Assembly (NCBI GenBank): GCA_963778115.1
Contig: CAVZSV010000004.1
Coordinates: 1,568,001-1,632,000 of the forward strand
DNA from: an uncultured delta proteobacterium
GTDB taxonomy: Bacteria; Bdellovibrionota; FAC87; UBA2466
DNA length: 64,000 nt
Reading direction: 5' to 3'
The notes beneath the pieces were generated by a model. The model was not told where the DNA came from, did no database searches, and saw only the letters and a program-made list of their open reading frames with translations. The translations under genes and the position numbers were made by a program. Positions 27,417-37,666 of this stretch are shown here, one piece after another (the stretch's first letter is position 1; the number at the start of each line of letters is the position of its first letter).

Positions 27417-28900
27417 ATACGGTCGTAACCTACTTCCTCTATCCCATTTCACCGCTGTTATCTCTTACTCTCACTGCATGCCTTCTCATCGGTTTAGAAT
27501 GTATTCCCAGCCTTCCCCTGCCGAAACTGAAGTTTGGTGTTGCCATAGCTGGTGCAGCGACGGCTTTGGTATTTACTATACTTCTTTCGGAACTACCGCC
27601 GAACGCGTATGCCACTCTTGGCTATTACGGAAATGCGGGATGGTTGGCTGAGTTTTGGCAGAGCTATCGCCTTGATTCCATCACACTCTCTTTTTACGGC
27701 GGTATTCTCGTTTTTACGGCGATTTCTCTCATCACAATGGCATCGCGCTTCCATGACAGTGAAATCCGATCCGAACTTCTCATCCTGACTCTTTTCATCG
27801 CCACCGGCATGATGCTTTTGGTGTCAGCCGACAATCTGCTCATGGTGTTTCTGGCTCTTGAATTGATGTCATTACCCACTTACGTGTTGGTAGGGATTCA
27901 GCGCCAAGATAAAGCGAGTTGCGAAGCGGCACTGAAATATTTTCTTTTTGGATCTTTCGCCAGTGTTCTGCTCATATTTGGGATAGCGCTCCTTTATGCA
28001 CAGTTCGGAACGCTGAGATTGCCTCAGATTGCGCAGCTGCTCACCGCGTATGGTCCGGCCCTTCCCGTTCCCAAAGGACTAATTTTTGGCGGCCTTTCTC
28101 TGATTAGTATCGCAGCGGCCTTTAAGGTCGGAGTCGTGCCTTTTCACATGTGGGTTCCTGATGCTTACGAAGGGGCTTCAACTCCCATCACTGGCTTCAT
28201 GGGAAGTGCGGTAAAGCTTGCGGGGTTTGGACTTGCGATTCGACTCTTGTGGGGGATGTTTCTTCCTCTGGCTGACCATTGGATTCCGATTATGGAAGTT
28301 CTGGCCGTGGCCAGCATGTTCGTGGGAAATGTAGCGGCGTTAGCTCAGGACAATCTAAAGCGCATGTTCGCCTATTCCAGCATTGCCCATGCGGGCTATC
28401 TTCTTTTGGGAGTCGCTTCTGTCGTTAAAGCAGGCCCGAACATTGGCCCTCTTTATTATTACTTGATGGTCTACGGCATTATGTTCGTTGGACTCTTTGC
28501 CATTCTTGCCATTATCGAGCGCACTCACGGAAGTACCAATATCCACGAGATTACGGGACTAGGATTTACCCATCCGCTTTTAGCCCTGTGTCTAGCGATC
28601 TTCGCGGTCTCGGCAGCCGGCATTCCCCCTACGGCGGGATTTTTTGCCAAATACTTTGTGTTTCTTGAAGCGGTACGGGCGGGAAAAACCGTTGCCGTTA
28701 TCTTAGCCGTCATTAGCAGTGTGATTGGAGCGTATTATTACTTACGAGTCGTGGTCTTTTTGTACATGAAAGAGGCCCGAGAAAAGCTTCCGCTGCCCTC
28801 GGTCCCAAGATTCGTCTATATCTGCATTGTCGTATGCGCAGGGTCGCTCTTGGTACTAGCGGTGTCGCCTTCCCTTCTCAGTTCGCCGCTAGTGAACTAG
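27413..28900 (+). CDS. nuoN: Complex I subunit N (set 2)
   Basis: EAALKY, FKVGVVPFHMWVPDAYEGA, KRMFAYSSIAHAGY, GFFAKY. Confidence 0.96.
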   Translation: MNTVVTYFLYPISPLLSLTLTACLLIGLECIPSLPLPKLKFGVAIAGAATALVFTILLSELPPNAYATLGYYGNAGWLAEFWQSYRLDSITLSFYGGILVFTAISLITMASRFHDSEIRSELLILTLFIATGMMLLVSADNLLMVFLALELMSLPTYVLVGIQRQDKASCEAALKYFLFGSFASVLLIFGIALLYAQFGTLRLPQIAQLLTAYGPALPVPKGLIFGGLSLISIAAAFKVGVVPFHMWVPDAYEGASTPITGFMGSAVKLAGFGLAIRLLWGMFLPLADHWIPIMEVLAVASMFVGNVAALAQDNLKRMFAYSSIAHAGYLLLGVASVVKAGPNIGPLYYYLMVYGIMFVGLFAILAIIERTHGSTNIHEITGLGFTHPLLALCLAIFAVSAAGIPPTAGFFAKYFVFLEAVRAGKTVAVILAVISSVIGAYYYLRVVVFLYMKEAREKLPLPSVPRFVYICIVVCAGSLLVLAVSPSLLSSPLVN

Positions 28901-28922
28901 TCATCACCGCCTCCTAGAAATA

Positions 28923-29633
28923 TTACGAACCCTGAAGGAAGCTAATTTTGTCCGCACTGGAAAGCCGATAAAACCAGCGCAGTAATCTCAAGGCTTTTTC
29001 GTAGGTATGAGATGAAGCTAAGTTTCGTTCGATCTTTCTGACAAACTTCTTGGCAAAATCACTGGCTTCTCGATAACGAGAGGCCTCTTCTTCGGAAAGA
29101 TCGTCTCGCCAACGAAAGCTAACAAACAAGCGTTCGAAGAGATCTTCAAACCAGACTTTTAAATCGTCCGGCGAATAAGAACCCGCAAAAAATGCCAAAA
29201 TAAATTTGTCGATCTCACCATGGAGTTCTAACTCCAGTTGCCTAACCGAACGCCCCTGAGAAGCGTGATAGAGCAGATAGTGAAAGTGGCTTATCTCTTC
29301 GGTGGCAATCGTGAACGCCCCCATTTCACTGGCGCTCCAGAGCCTAGGATCAGGGCGGAGTTTCGATAATTGCGAACGCACGGTTTCACTGAGATAAATG
29401 CCAAGACTTAGCTCACGAGAAGACTCCTCGGAAGTGCCTGAATGCAAGTAGAGCGCACCACGCAAGGCTTCGTTCTCCGTTTTCCCCGCTCTGAGTTGAA
29501 CCTGCTTTTTCACTTCTTGTGAGACGAGAAAGTCTTCTGCGTGATAGGGCAGGTCAATGTTATAGAGTTTCTTAATGGCGCGATCTATTTTCTTAATCGC
29601 AGATTTCACTCTAGTGCCTAACTTTCGGATCAA
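28923..29633 (-). CDS. Hypothetical protein with EEISH (zincin-like) motif
   Basis: ATEEISHFHYL..LELELHGEIDKF; overlaps the upstream ORF by 23 nt. Confidence 0.75.
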   Translation of the reverse strand: MIRKLGTRVKSAIKKIDRAIKKLYNIDLPYHAEDFLVSQEVKKQVQLRAGKTENEALRGALYLHSGTSEESSRELSLGIYLSETVRSQLSKLRPDPRLWSASEMGAFTIATEEISHFHYLLYHASQGRSVRQLELELHGEIDKFILAFFAGSYSPDDLKVWFEDLFERLFVSFRWRDDLSEEEASRYREASDFAKKFVRKIERNLASSHTYEKALRLLRWFYRLSSADKISFLQGS

Positions 29634-30228
29634 ATTTGACCGGAGTTTGAATTCCGTGCTCTGATAGGAGCCCTTTTAAGCGATCATTTCCCGTAATTAA
29701 CCATTTTTCATAAAGGCGTAAGAGGTCAGAGTTACTTTGAAGGCCAGTTCTTTCACTCAGTTCAGAAAGCACATCGGCAAAGAGTTTAAATTTCACCGAT
29801 AGCTCTTTAAAAAGCGTACGAGTAAGTTTGGTCAGTTGTAGATTTGAAAGTTGCCAATAAGCAGTACCGCCCATCCCGAAATAGTAATCGATGTCGATTA
29901 ACTTTCGGTTCAAGCTGTCTGGAAAAAATCCTGTCACCATCAGACACACATCACCCAGCCGTCGAAGCGCCACTCTCTTTTGCTCGGCATCGCCCTGCAG
30001 GTAATCGGCGTAGATCTCGGCCAGTATATTGTTCTTTAATTTTCCCTCGTCGTCGGTTTTAAAAAATTGGCTCGATTCCGTATGTCGAACCATAAGGTCA
30101 ACGAGGTAATGAAAGGAGTCTTGCGCTGTCGAGAGCTGATGTTTTTCCATCAGTTTACGAAGCTCATCCGAAAAAAATTCTCTTACATCAGACACCGGCG
30201 CCGGAGCCGCCTGGGATTTTCGATTCAT
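29611..30228 (-). CDS. Hypothetical helical protein
   Basis: 205-aa ORF with AAGGAGG SD; LRRLGDVCLMVTGFFPDSL..DYYFGMGGTAY. Confidence 0.8.
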   Translation of the reverse strand: MNRKSQAAPAPVSDVREFFSDELRKLMEKHQLSTAQDSFHYLVDLMVRHTESSQFFKTDDEGKLKNNILAEIYADYLQGDAEQKRVALRRLGDVCLMVTGFFPDSLNRKLIDIDYYFGMGGTAYWQLSNLQLTKLTRTLFKELSVKFKLFADVLSELSERTGLQSNSDLLRLYEKWLITGNDRLKGLLSEHGIQTPVKFDPKVRH

Positions 30229-30529
30229 TTCGGTCCTCCTTAAAAGAAAGACGACGGAACGAAGGCTTTGTTATGCGATACACAAGAAGTGGGATCGAGT
30301 CGAAAAAACCTAAGAATTCAACGTGAAGCACTGAGCGCGGATGGGAACCGTTTTGTGTTCGATTACGGTTCATGCTGTGTCTTATATTTTAGCATTTTCT
30401 GCCTGTGCTCCACAGTCCGTTATCGGCGCTTTTGACCAACTGTGGTAGTAAAGGAAATGAGGTACCGCTAAGTATTCAAAATAGCTTGAGTTTAGCGCCG
30501 CAACATTTTGATTCGTCGAGTCACGGGGA

Positions 30530-31360
30530 ATGACAAAATTTAAGTCACCGATTTTATACGCTTTTACCGTGAGCCTCTGGCTCGCCGTGCCGGCGTTCGG
30601 TTTACGAGTCATTACCCTGAGCCCGCAGTCTACCGAGCTGTTTTGGCAGCTCGGAAAGGCATCTGACCTCATCGCCGGATCGAGTGCCCTGCGCACCGAC
30701 GGACCGCGACTGCAATCGGTGGGACCACTTTTCATGCCGAGTATCGAGAAGCTAGCGCGTTTCGCCCCTGACTGGGTGGTGTCAGATAGTTTCTTCACAA
30801 GTCCAACTTTTCTTGAAGGCGTCTCGACTTTGGCCATCTCAAAATTGTCTTTGCAAATCTCAGACCTGCCTTCTCTTCTGTCTGAAAGTCGAAGGGCGCT
30901 TCGTCTGATATATCATGACGAGAAAAATGCCGAGCTCGATAAGGTTGCGCTCTGTATAAGACAGCTTCCTTCTCCCCAGAGCACCTTTCGCTATCTCGCC
31001 TTCACGTGGTTTGATCCCCCCATCCTCTTTGGAGATACGGCCTTTCTTAGCGATCTGATTCGTCGCGCCGGAGGAAAAGCCCCTGAACTTCCAGGCATCA
31101 CTAGCCAATATCCCCAAGTCTCGCAAGAGTGGGTCATTAGCCAACACGTAGATGTCATCTTCTACCTGCAAGAAGGCAACCAGCCTGAAGTTCACCAGGT
31201 CGAAGCGATTGCCAAGCGTTGGTGGAAGACGAAGCCTCCAGTGGTCGTTGCACTGCCCTCGGAGAAATTTGCCATTACTACTTTTACCCCTCTTAAGTAT
31301 TGGTCGACCCTGCGGCCCACCCACGAGCTGAAGACCCCGGAGGCTTGTGAAAACCTCTAA
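30530..31360 (+). CDS. ABC substrate-binding protein, BtuF/helical-backbone metal receptor family
   Basis: Signal peptide, RVITLSPQSTELFWQLG, PSIEKL..PDWV, FLSDLIRRAGG. Confidence 0.8.
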   Translation: MTKFKSPILYAFTVSLWLAVPAFGLRVITLSPQSTELFWQLGKASDLIAGSSALRTDGPRLQSVGPLFMPSIEKLARFAPDWVVSDSFFTSPTFLEGVSTLAISKLSLQISDLPSLLSESRRALRLIYHDEKNAELDKVALCIRQLPSPQSTFRYLAFTWFDPPILFGDTAFLSDLIRRAGGKAPELPGITSQYPQVSQEWVISQHVDVIFYLQEGNQPEVHQVEAIAKRWWKTKPPVVVALPSEKFAITTFTPLKYWSTLRPTHELKTPEACENL

Positions 31361-32318
31361 TCCGCGCTTGGTATTTCTAGGACTATTGCTCTGTGTATTG
31401 CTCGTCGCGATAATTCCTTTTTTTGGAGCGGAATCCCTCTCCTGGAAAGAGCTATTGGATCCCAATTCCGTGGGCCATCGGATCTTTTTTGAACTAAGAG
31501 TGCCGAGACTTTGCCTGACGCTTTTGGTGGGAGCGGTCCTTGCTATTTTGGGAGGAACTTATCAAATCCTCTTTCACAACCCTTTGGCCGAGCCCTATGT
31601 CCTTGGCATTTCGTCAGCCGTTACTTTGGGAATCGGAGTCGCTGAGTGCTTTTTCAAAGTTCAAAGTTATTCGCCGCAAGCTTTGATAGGCGGCTTTGTT
31701 GGAGGCGCCATTGCCACTTTGCTGATCGTCTCTCTAGCTCTTTCGCGAATGGGAGATTCCGCGGACCACCTAGTACTTTTTGGAATGGCGTTAAACTTCG
31801 TTCTTTCGTCAGCCCTCTTTCTCCTACTGTCCTATTCCTATCAACACATGGGAGGCGGAAGCCTCCGCTGGCTCTTCGGACAAATCCCGTGGGCCAGCCG
31901 CCGAGAGGTGGGATTGCTGGCACTTGCTGCCATTCCTTTATCCAGTCTCATTATTATTTTTTCTCGTCGTCTAGATGCCCTTGCTTTCGGAGATACCGTC
32001 GCAAGAACGCTAGGATTTCATCCTGCCAGAGCTCGGGCACTTTTCCTTGCTGTGAGTTCACTGCTGCTCACAGTGACCGTATTTTTTACGGGCTCCATCG
32101 GCTTTGTAGGGCTTGTGGTTCCCCATGCGGTTCGCTTGGTATTTCGCCCGTCTAGTGCCCGACAACTTCTTCTATTCTCAATGGTAGTGGGTGCAACTTT
32201 CTTGGCTTTCTCAGATCTATTCTCAAGAATGCTTTTGCCTCCTTTTGAATTTCCGATTGGAATTATCACTACCCTTTGCGGAGGACCGCTGTTTCTCTAT
32301 CTTTTATGGAGACGGTGA
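31347..32318 (+). CDS. FecCD/BtuC-family ABC permease
   Basis: LRVPR, NPLAEPYVLGISS, GSIGFVGLVVPH, PIGIIT..GGP. Confidence 0.92.
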   Translation: MKTSNPRLVFLGLLLCVLLVAIIPFFGAESLSWKELLDPNSVGHRIFFELRVPRLCLTLLVGAVLAILGGTYQILFHNPLAEPYVLGISSAVTLGIGVAECFFKVQSYSPQALIGGFVGGAIATLLIVSLALSRMGDSADHLVLFGMALNFVLSSALFLLLSYSYQHMGGGSLRWLFGQIPWASRREVGLLALAAIPLSSLIIIFSRRLDALAFGDTVARTLGFHPARARALFLAVSSLLLTVTVFFTGSIGFVGLVVPHAVRLVFRPSSARQLLLFSMVVGATFLAFSDLFSRMLLPPFEFPIGIITTLCGGPLFLYLLWRR

Positions 32319-33079
32319 AAGCAATGAACGAGCAAAGTTTTTGTCGAGGAGAAAACATCGTACTGACCCATGGGTCTCGTGTCGTTACTCCACAACCTTT
32401 AAACTTTACCTTCCCATCGGGAAAAGCGACGGCACTCATTGGCCCCAACGGATCGGGAAAGACGACGTTACTCCGTGCTATTACGGGTGAAACAACCCTT
32501 TCTTCGGGAACTATCTTTCTAGGCAAAGAGAACCGATCGGTTCGAGAAATAGATTTCCCGGAGCTTTCTCGTCTGGTTGCCGTCGTTCCGCAAGAGCACC
32601 ACTACCCTTCGCATCTGCTTTTAACAGAGACCCTTTGCATGGCCTTTTTGCCTAAGGCAGGACTATGGGGAAGACTCCCTAATCCCAATGACCCTAGAAT
32701 CATTGAAGCGCTTGACCACTTCGCCCTTCAATCGCTAGCCAATCGCCCGTTAGGTCAACTGAGCACTGGAGAACGACAAAGAGCATTTCTGGCGCGCGCC
32801 TTCTTGCAGCAACCTCGGATGCTTTTATTAGATGAGCCGACTAACCATTTGGATCCGGGGGGAAGAGAGACCTTTTGGAGGGTTCTTACCGAAAAACGCA
32901 AGAAAACGGCGATAGATGTCGTAATCAGCACGCATGACCTAGCATTTGTGAAAACCCATTGTGAGTGGGTGTGTGGGTTGTCTCGAGGAGAGATGGTGTA
33001 TTTGGGTCCGACGAAAGAGTTTTTTGAGGGGGAGAAGCTTCAGACACTGTTTGGCGGGAGAATTACGGTGGGGGGTTGA
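32315..33079 (+). CDS. Iron-chelate/cobalamin ABC transporter ATPase
   Basis: GPNGSGKTT, LSTGERQR, LLLDEPTNHLD, STHD. Confidence 0.92.
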   Translation: MKAMNEQSFCRGENIVLTHGSRVVTPQPLNFTFPSGKATALIGPNGSGKTTLLRAITGETTLSSGTIFLGKENRSVREIDFPELSRLVAVVPQEHHYPSHLLLTETLCMAFLPKAGLWGRLPNPNDPRIIEALDHFALQSLANRPLGQLSTGERQRAFLARAFLQQPRMLLLDEPTNHLDPGGRETFWRVLTEKRKKTAIDVVISTHDLAFVKTHCEWVCGLSRGEMVYLGPTKEFFEGEKLQTLFGGRITVGG

Positions 33080-33266
33080 CGCCTGTTAAGAATAAGTGCC
33101 ACGACCTCATGGAGGACATTTTTACTTCTTATGAGCACACTCCTCGCGTCCCCCAACGCCAAAGCACCTGTAGGCCATATCGTGACTCTTGAAACAGGTT
33201 CTGCAGCGATAGGCGGCCGTGGCCGGATTGAGAAGAATCGGCGAGCAGGCAAGTGTCAGTAGCCGA

Positions 33267-34700
33267 CTACTTCGCGCCCCTAACAAAAAGTTGCGTTGGT
33301 ACCGTCTCTAACTTATCCCCCGGAGTATTATTAGGCGCCTGCGCCAATGCGAGTCCGGTGTCCTTGAGGTCGGTTCGCATGGCGGGAGTCACGTCGTTTA
33401 GTTTTACTAAATTAATACTTCCCACGGCGATCTTATGGCCCAGAACTTTGCCGCTTTTGTCTTGAATGAAATCTGGAGCGCGGGCGGAAACTTCTTTAAA
33501 ACCGACAGCGGCACTAGCCAGTGATCGGTTATATAGTTTGAGTTGATCAGCATTAAACATCGATACTACCGACATATTTCTTCCACCGGTGGCGTACTGG
33601 GCAATTCTTTGTTTGACGTCGTTATCGGAAATCTTAACTCTGGCATCGATAGGAATCATGGATCTAGGATCCACACCGGCGCGATCGATGGCGGCGAGAT
33701 TTGCTCGATAAAGGGCTGAGTCGATCCATTCCTCTTTGGGATCTCCCGCTTTGATATCGTGGCCATATACTCTGGGATTCACGGCATAGGCATTCATCGC
33801 CAACATCTGTTGGCAAAGTTTGAACCGGTCTTGAAGCTTAGGAACCATAGCTCGCGTATATTGCAGACTAAGTTTATTTTGCGGGTTTATCCTATCTTCG
33901 ATATTAGGCTGAGCGGGATTTCGTTTTAGTTCGTCCAAATAATCTTTGCAGTCGGGATTATCTTCACTTAAGGCAAATTCGATTCCAGGCTGATTAGCGC
34001 GAATCTCTCCTAAGTTTGCAATGATGCGATTTCGAAACATTTTCGTCCATCGAGCTGCCATCACTCGCAACGCTTCGATGTTAGGCATAACGTCAGGATT
34101 TTTAGCTTCATTTTTGTTGTACGTTTTATAAATCTGTCGATCAGCCGTGTCGTATCCGACCTTTTCCATTTTCTTGACGACTTCGGGCTTTAATTTCCAA
34201 ACACTCATTCGCTTGCGATCCAAAGTGCCGTCACTGGTGAAGACTGAGCCTCCGTCAGAAGTGGCCATATCCCAAATTCCGTATTTGGCCCCCTGCCATA
34301 CTTGATAGGCCGCGGCCTCTAAAGGTGACTTATCGCTACCCGCGCCGTGGATGGAAACATAAGGCGCAAGCCATTGCTGACAGGTTTGCCCACCGACCCA
34401 TTTCATACAGTAGTCCCAGACATAGCTGTGGTAAGTCGTGGTTGATAGAAAAGAGTTTCCGTCCTGAGAGTTGACTGGCTTTCCGCCGCCTCCACCGCCC
34501 AGAGAGTCTTTGAAGGAGACTTCCTTCATATCTAAATCTTGGGAAAGGGAATTGAGTTTAGTGGCGAGTTCCTGTTTAGGCTTCATCTCATCGGCAACAT
34601 ATAATTGCGCCGTGGCCGTAGTCGAAACCGCTGTTGCCACGGTGGCAGCAATCAACGCGACTACACGGACCGTGCCTAAAATTTCCCCCCGGAAATTCAT
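33267..34700 (-). CDS. Hypothetical secreted protein
   Basis: 477-aa ORF, GGGGGAG SD, signal peptide ending ATA-Q, no recognised domain. Confidence 0.8.
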   Translation of the reverse strand: MNFRGEILGTVRVVALIAATVATAVSTTATAQLYVADEMKPKQELATKLNSLSQDLDMKEVSFKDSLGGGGGGKPVNSQDGNSFLSTTTYHSYVWDYCMKWVGGQTCQQWLAPYVSIHGAGSDKSPLEAAAYQVWQGAKYGIWDMATSDGGSVFTSDGTLDRKRMSVWKLKPEVVKKMEKVGYDTADRQIYKTYNKNEAKNPDVMPNIEALRVMAARWTKMFRNRIIANLGEIRANQPGIEFALSEDNPDCKDYLDELKRNPAQPNIEDRINPQNKLSLQYTRAMVPKLQDRFKLCQQMLAMNAYAVNPRVYGHDIKAGDPKEEWIDSALYRANLAAIDRAGVDPRSMIPIDARVKISDNDVKQRIAQYATGGRNMSVVSMFNADQLKLYNRSLASAAVGFKEVSARAPDFIQDKSGKVLGHKIAVGSINLVKLNDVTPAMRTDLKDTGLALAQAPNNTPGDKLETVPTQLFVRGAK

Positions 34701-35053
34701 AACTCCCCCTGGTAGGATCTAGAGCAACTTCAATACCAGTTTGAAACCACTCTAATTCCTACGGTTTTTGTATACGGTTTTGACGCCTCATCTCTCATGC
34801 CCCCTACTTAATTGAAAAAGCCAAGGGTTATTAACGCTCTAGAGTGCCTAATTCCTGGACAAGCCCCCGTTCTGTCTTAAGCCCCTCACGATAGCCTTGG
34901 CGATCGTATGCAGCATGAGCAAGTAAGCCCCTAGTAAGGCATGTATTCTACGCGGTGCACAATGAATACGAATACCAGTCCATTCTCCAGAATACACCTA
35001 TGGGCGATGTCGCTTGTCTAGCCGGATGCCGTTTGGTAGCAAAGACTTTCAAC

Positions 35054-37592
35054 ATGGAAGAAAAAGATCTCCCAGAAATAGGTTCACAGCCCTGTGACGG
35101 ACTACCGACCGAAGCAAAGCCATCGGTTCCGCTTACTCCCATGCTCGTGCAATACATGGAGCTAAAGCGCAACTATCCGGACTCGATCCTGTTTTATCGA
35201 ATGGGAGACTTTTATGAGATGTTTTTTGACGACGCCCTTACCGCCAGTCCCATTCTCGAAGTTCAATTAACCTCACGAGACAAAAATGCGATCAATCCGA
35301 TTCCGATGTGTGGGGTTCCCTATCATGCGCTCAGCCAATATCTTCAAAAGTTAGTGGCCAAAGGATTTAAGGTCGCCATTTGTGAACAGATGGAGGATCC
35401 CTCAGCCACAAAAGGGATCGTTCGCAGAGATGTCGTCAGAGTGGTAACGCCAGCGCTCATTGGAGACCCTGAGCTGGTCCCCGAAGAAACCAAAAATTGG
35501 CTCGCCTGTCTCTGCCCCGGAAGTGGAAAGAATCCTGCATTCGCGGAACTCTCCTTGCTCGATCTTTTGGGCGGAGTGGTGAAGTCGGGAAATGTAGAGT
35601 CCATCCGCGAGCTGGCCGATCTCTTGTCGCAGTCTCAGCCCAAAGAGCTCTTAATAGCGGACGGGGATGCCGCTTGGATCGAGGAAATTGCCCGAGATCT
35701 TCCCCAGATGATCATCACCAAGCGCTCTCACTATTTTGAAAAGACCGACCCTAGGTTGCCGCGATCTTTGGGAGCTTTGAAGCAATATCTCAACGAAACA
35801 CAAAAGCGCGCCGACTTGCCTCACTGGCGCAATCCCCTTCCTCTAAGTGAAGCGCTTTCGATGCAAATGGATCCGACCACCACTGCCAGCCTTGAGTTAC
35901 TCAAGTCTAATTCCTCCACAGATAAGATAGACGGCCCGTGCCTTTTTCGAGTGTTGGACTACACAAAAACTCCCATGGGGCGCAGGACTTTAAAGGAATG
36001 GCTCATCAATCCCTTGGGAACCCTGGCTCCCGTAGAAGCGCGGCACCAAGCCGTGGAGGAGTTCCTGACCAAAACCGCTCTTGCGGAAAAGGTCCAGATG
36101 CTATTAGCGCCCATTCGAGACTTGGAGCGCTTAACAACGAAGACGGCTCTGGGGCTCGCCATGCCGCGAGATCTCGTCGCCATCCGAGAAATATTAAGAG
36201 TCTTGCCGAGTATCAAAGAGACGGCTCAGAAGGCAAAGGCCAAACGCCTTAAGAAAATAGGCGACGAACTCGACTTACTTGCCGAACTTACCCAGACTCT
36301 GGAGAAGGCCCTCGAGGAGATAGCTCCCGCCACTTTACGGGACGGTGGGATTTTTCGAAGCGAATACCATAAAGAGATCGCCGAATATCGAAGCCTTTCA
36401 AGAGACGCCAAATCGACCATCGCGAGTATAGAAGCACGAGAGAAGGCAAGAACAGGAATTCCGTCGCTAAAATTAAAATATAGTCGTGTTTTTGGTTACA
36501 CCATCGAAATTACTAAAGCGTATCTCAATAAAGTTCCCTCCGAATACATCCGCAAACAAACCATAGCCAATGGCGAACGTTTCATTACCGAGGAGATAAA
36601 GACCTTTGAAGAGAAGGTCGTTTCAGCGGAGTACCGGCTAAAGACGCTGGAAGAGTCTTTATTCTTGGAGTTGCGGGAAACGGTGGGTAAGAAGGCCCCC
36701 GTACTTTTGCAGGACGCTCGCCTTTTGGGTGAGCTAGATGTCTTAGTAGGCTTTTCTGAAGCGGCCAAGAAGCGGGGCTATTGTAAGCCGCTGATGGCGG
36801 AGACAGGAACTTTGAACTTACAGGAGGGGAGGCATCCGGTTGTAGAGACTTTGCTCGCTCCTGGCCAGTTTGTTCCCAATTCCATGGTGTTGGGAGAAGA
36901 CTCACGCACTCTCCTCATTACAGGCCCCAACATGGGAGGCAAGTCGACTATCATGCGGCAAGCCGCTCTTATCGCCATTATGGCTCAAGCAGGCTCATTC
37001 GTTCCGGCCACGTCCGCCCGCATTCCCTTGGTCGATGCGATCTACACCCGCATCGGTAGCTCGGACGATCTCAGCTCGCGGGCGATCCACCTTTATGGTG
37101 GAGATGACTGAAGTTGCCCGGATCTTGGATAGGGCTACTGCGAAGAGTTTGATCCTCATTGACGAGATCGGTCGAGGAACGAGTACCTATGACGGACTCT
37201 CCCTCGCGTGGTCGCTTCTGGAATTCATCCACAACGACATTCAAGCCAAGACTCTGTTCGCAACGCACTTCCACGAATTAACGCTACTCGAAAAATCTTT
37301 GCCAGGATTACGCAACGTGAACGTCTTAGTGGAAAAGTGGCGCGATGAGATCGTTTTTCTCTATCGCTTGGCGTCGGGAGTCTGCAACCAGAGCTATGGA
37401 ATTGAAGTGGCAAAGCTAGCAGGGCTCCCCCAGAAAGTCTTGCTGCGGGCTCGAGATCTCTTGTCAGTGTTGGAAACTCAATCCCAACGCGGCACACGCG
37501 CGAGAAACCGCGCGTTGGAAATTCACGACAACCAAATGGTCTTTTTCGATGAGTCGAAAACCTCCGAAAGCCGCACTGAGCTTGAAACTTAA
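35054..37592 (+). CDS. mutS: DNA mismatch repair protein MutS, split by a +1 frameshift near 37072-37073
   Basis: YRMGDFYEMFFDDA, TGPNMGGKST, RIGSSDDL in the first frame; ARGRSTFMVEM, DEIGRGTSTYDG, ATHFHEL, SYGIEVA in the second. Confidence 0.96.
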
Positions 37593-37648
37593 ACAAAATC
37601 AAAAAAGACGGTTGACAAGTTTGTAAGCGAAAATAATTATCTTCAAAT

Positions 37649-37666
37649 TGCTGGGTTTTCCCAGCA
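37649..37666. terminator. Hairpin downstream of mutS
   Basis: TGCTGGG-TTTT-CCCAGCA followed by TTTA. Confidence 0.4.

Noticed and set aside
14106..28900. Mrp antiporter, hydrogenase-4/Ech module, or assembly duplication
   Set aside because: NuoA/H/J/K are present while MrpE/F/G and hydrogenase subunits are absent; the two sets are too divergent to be an assembly artefact.
30229..30529. Possible cobalamin riboswitch upstream of the BtuF-like gene
   Set aside because: No recognisable B12-box or core motifs; an Rfam covariance search would be needed.
33080..33266. 43-aa ORF or sRNA between the ABC ATPase and the secreted protein
   Set aside because: SD is poorly spaced and there is no motif or convincing structure.
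34831..34851. CIRCE-like sequence TTAACGCTC-TA-GAGTGCCTAA
   Set aside because: Spacer is 2 nt rather than 9, half-sites are mismatched, and it is not upstream of a heat-shock gene.
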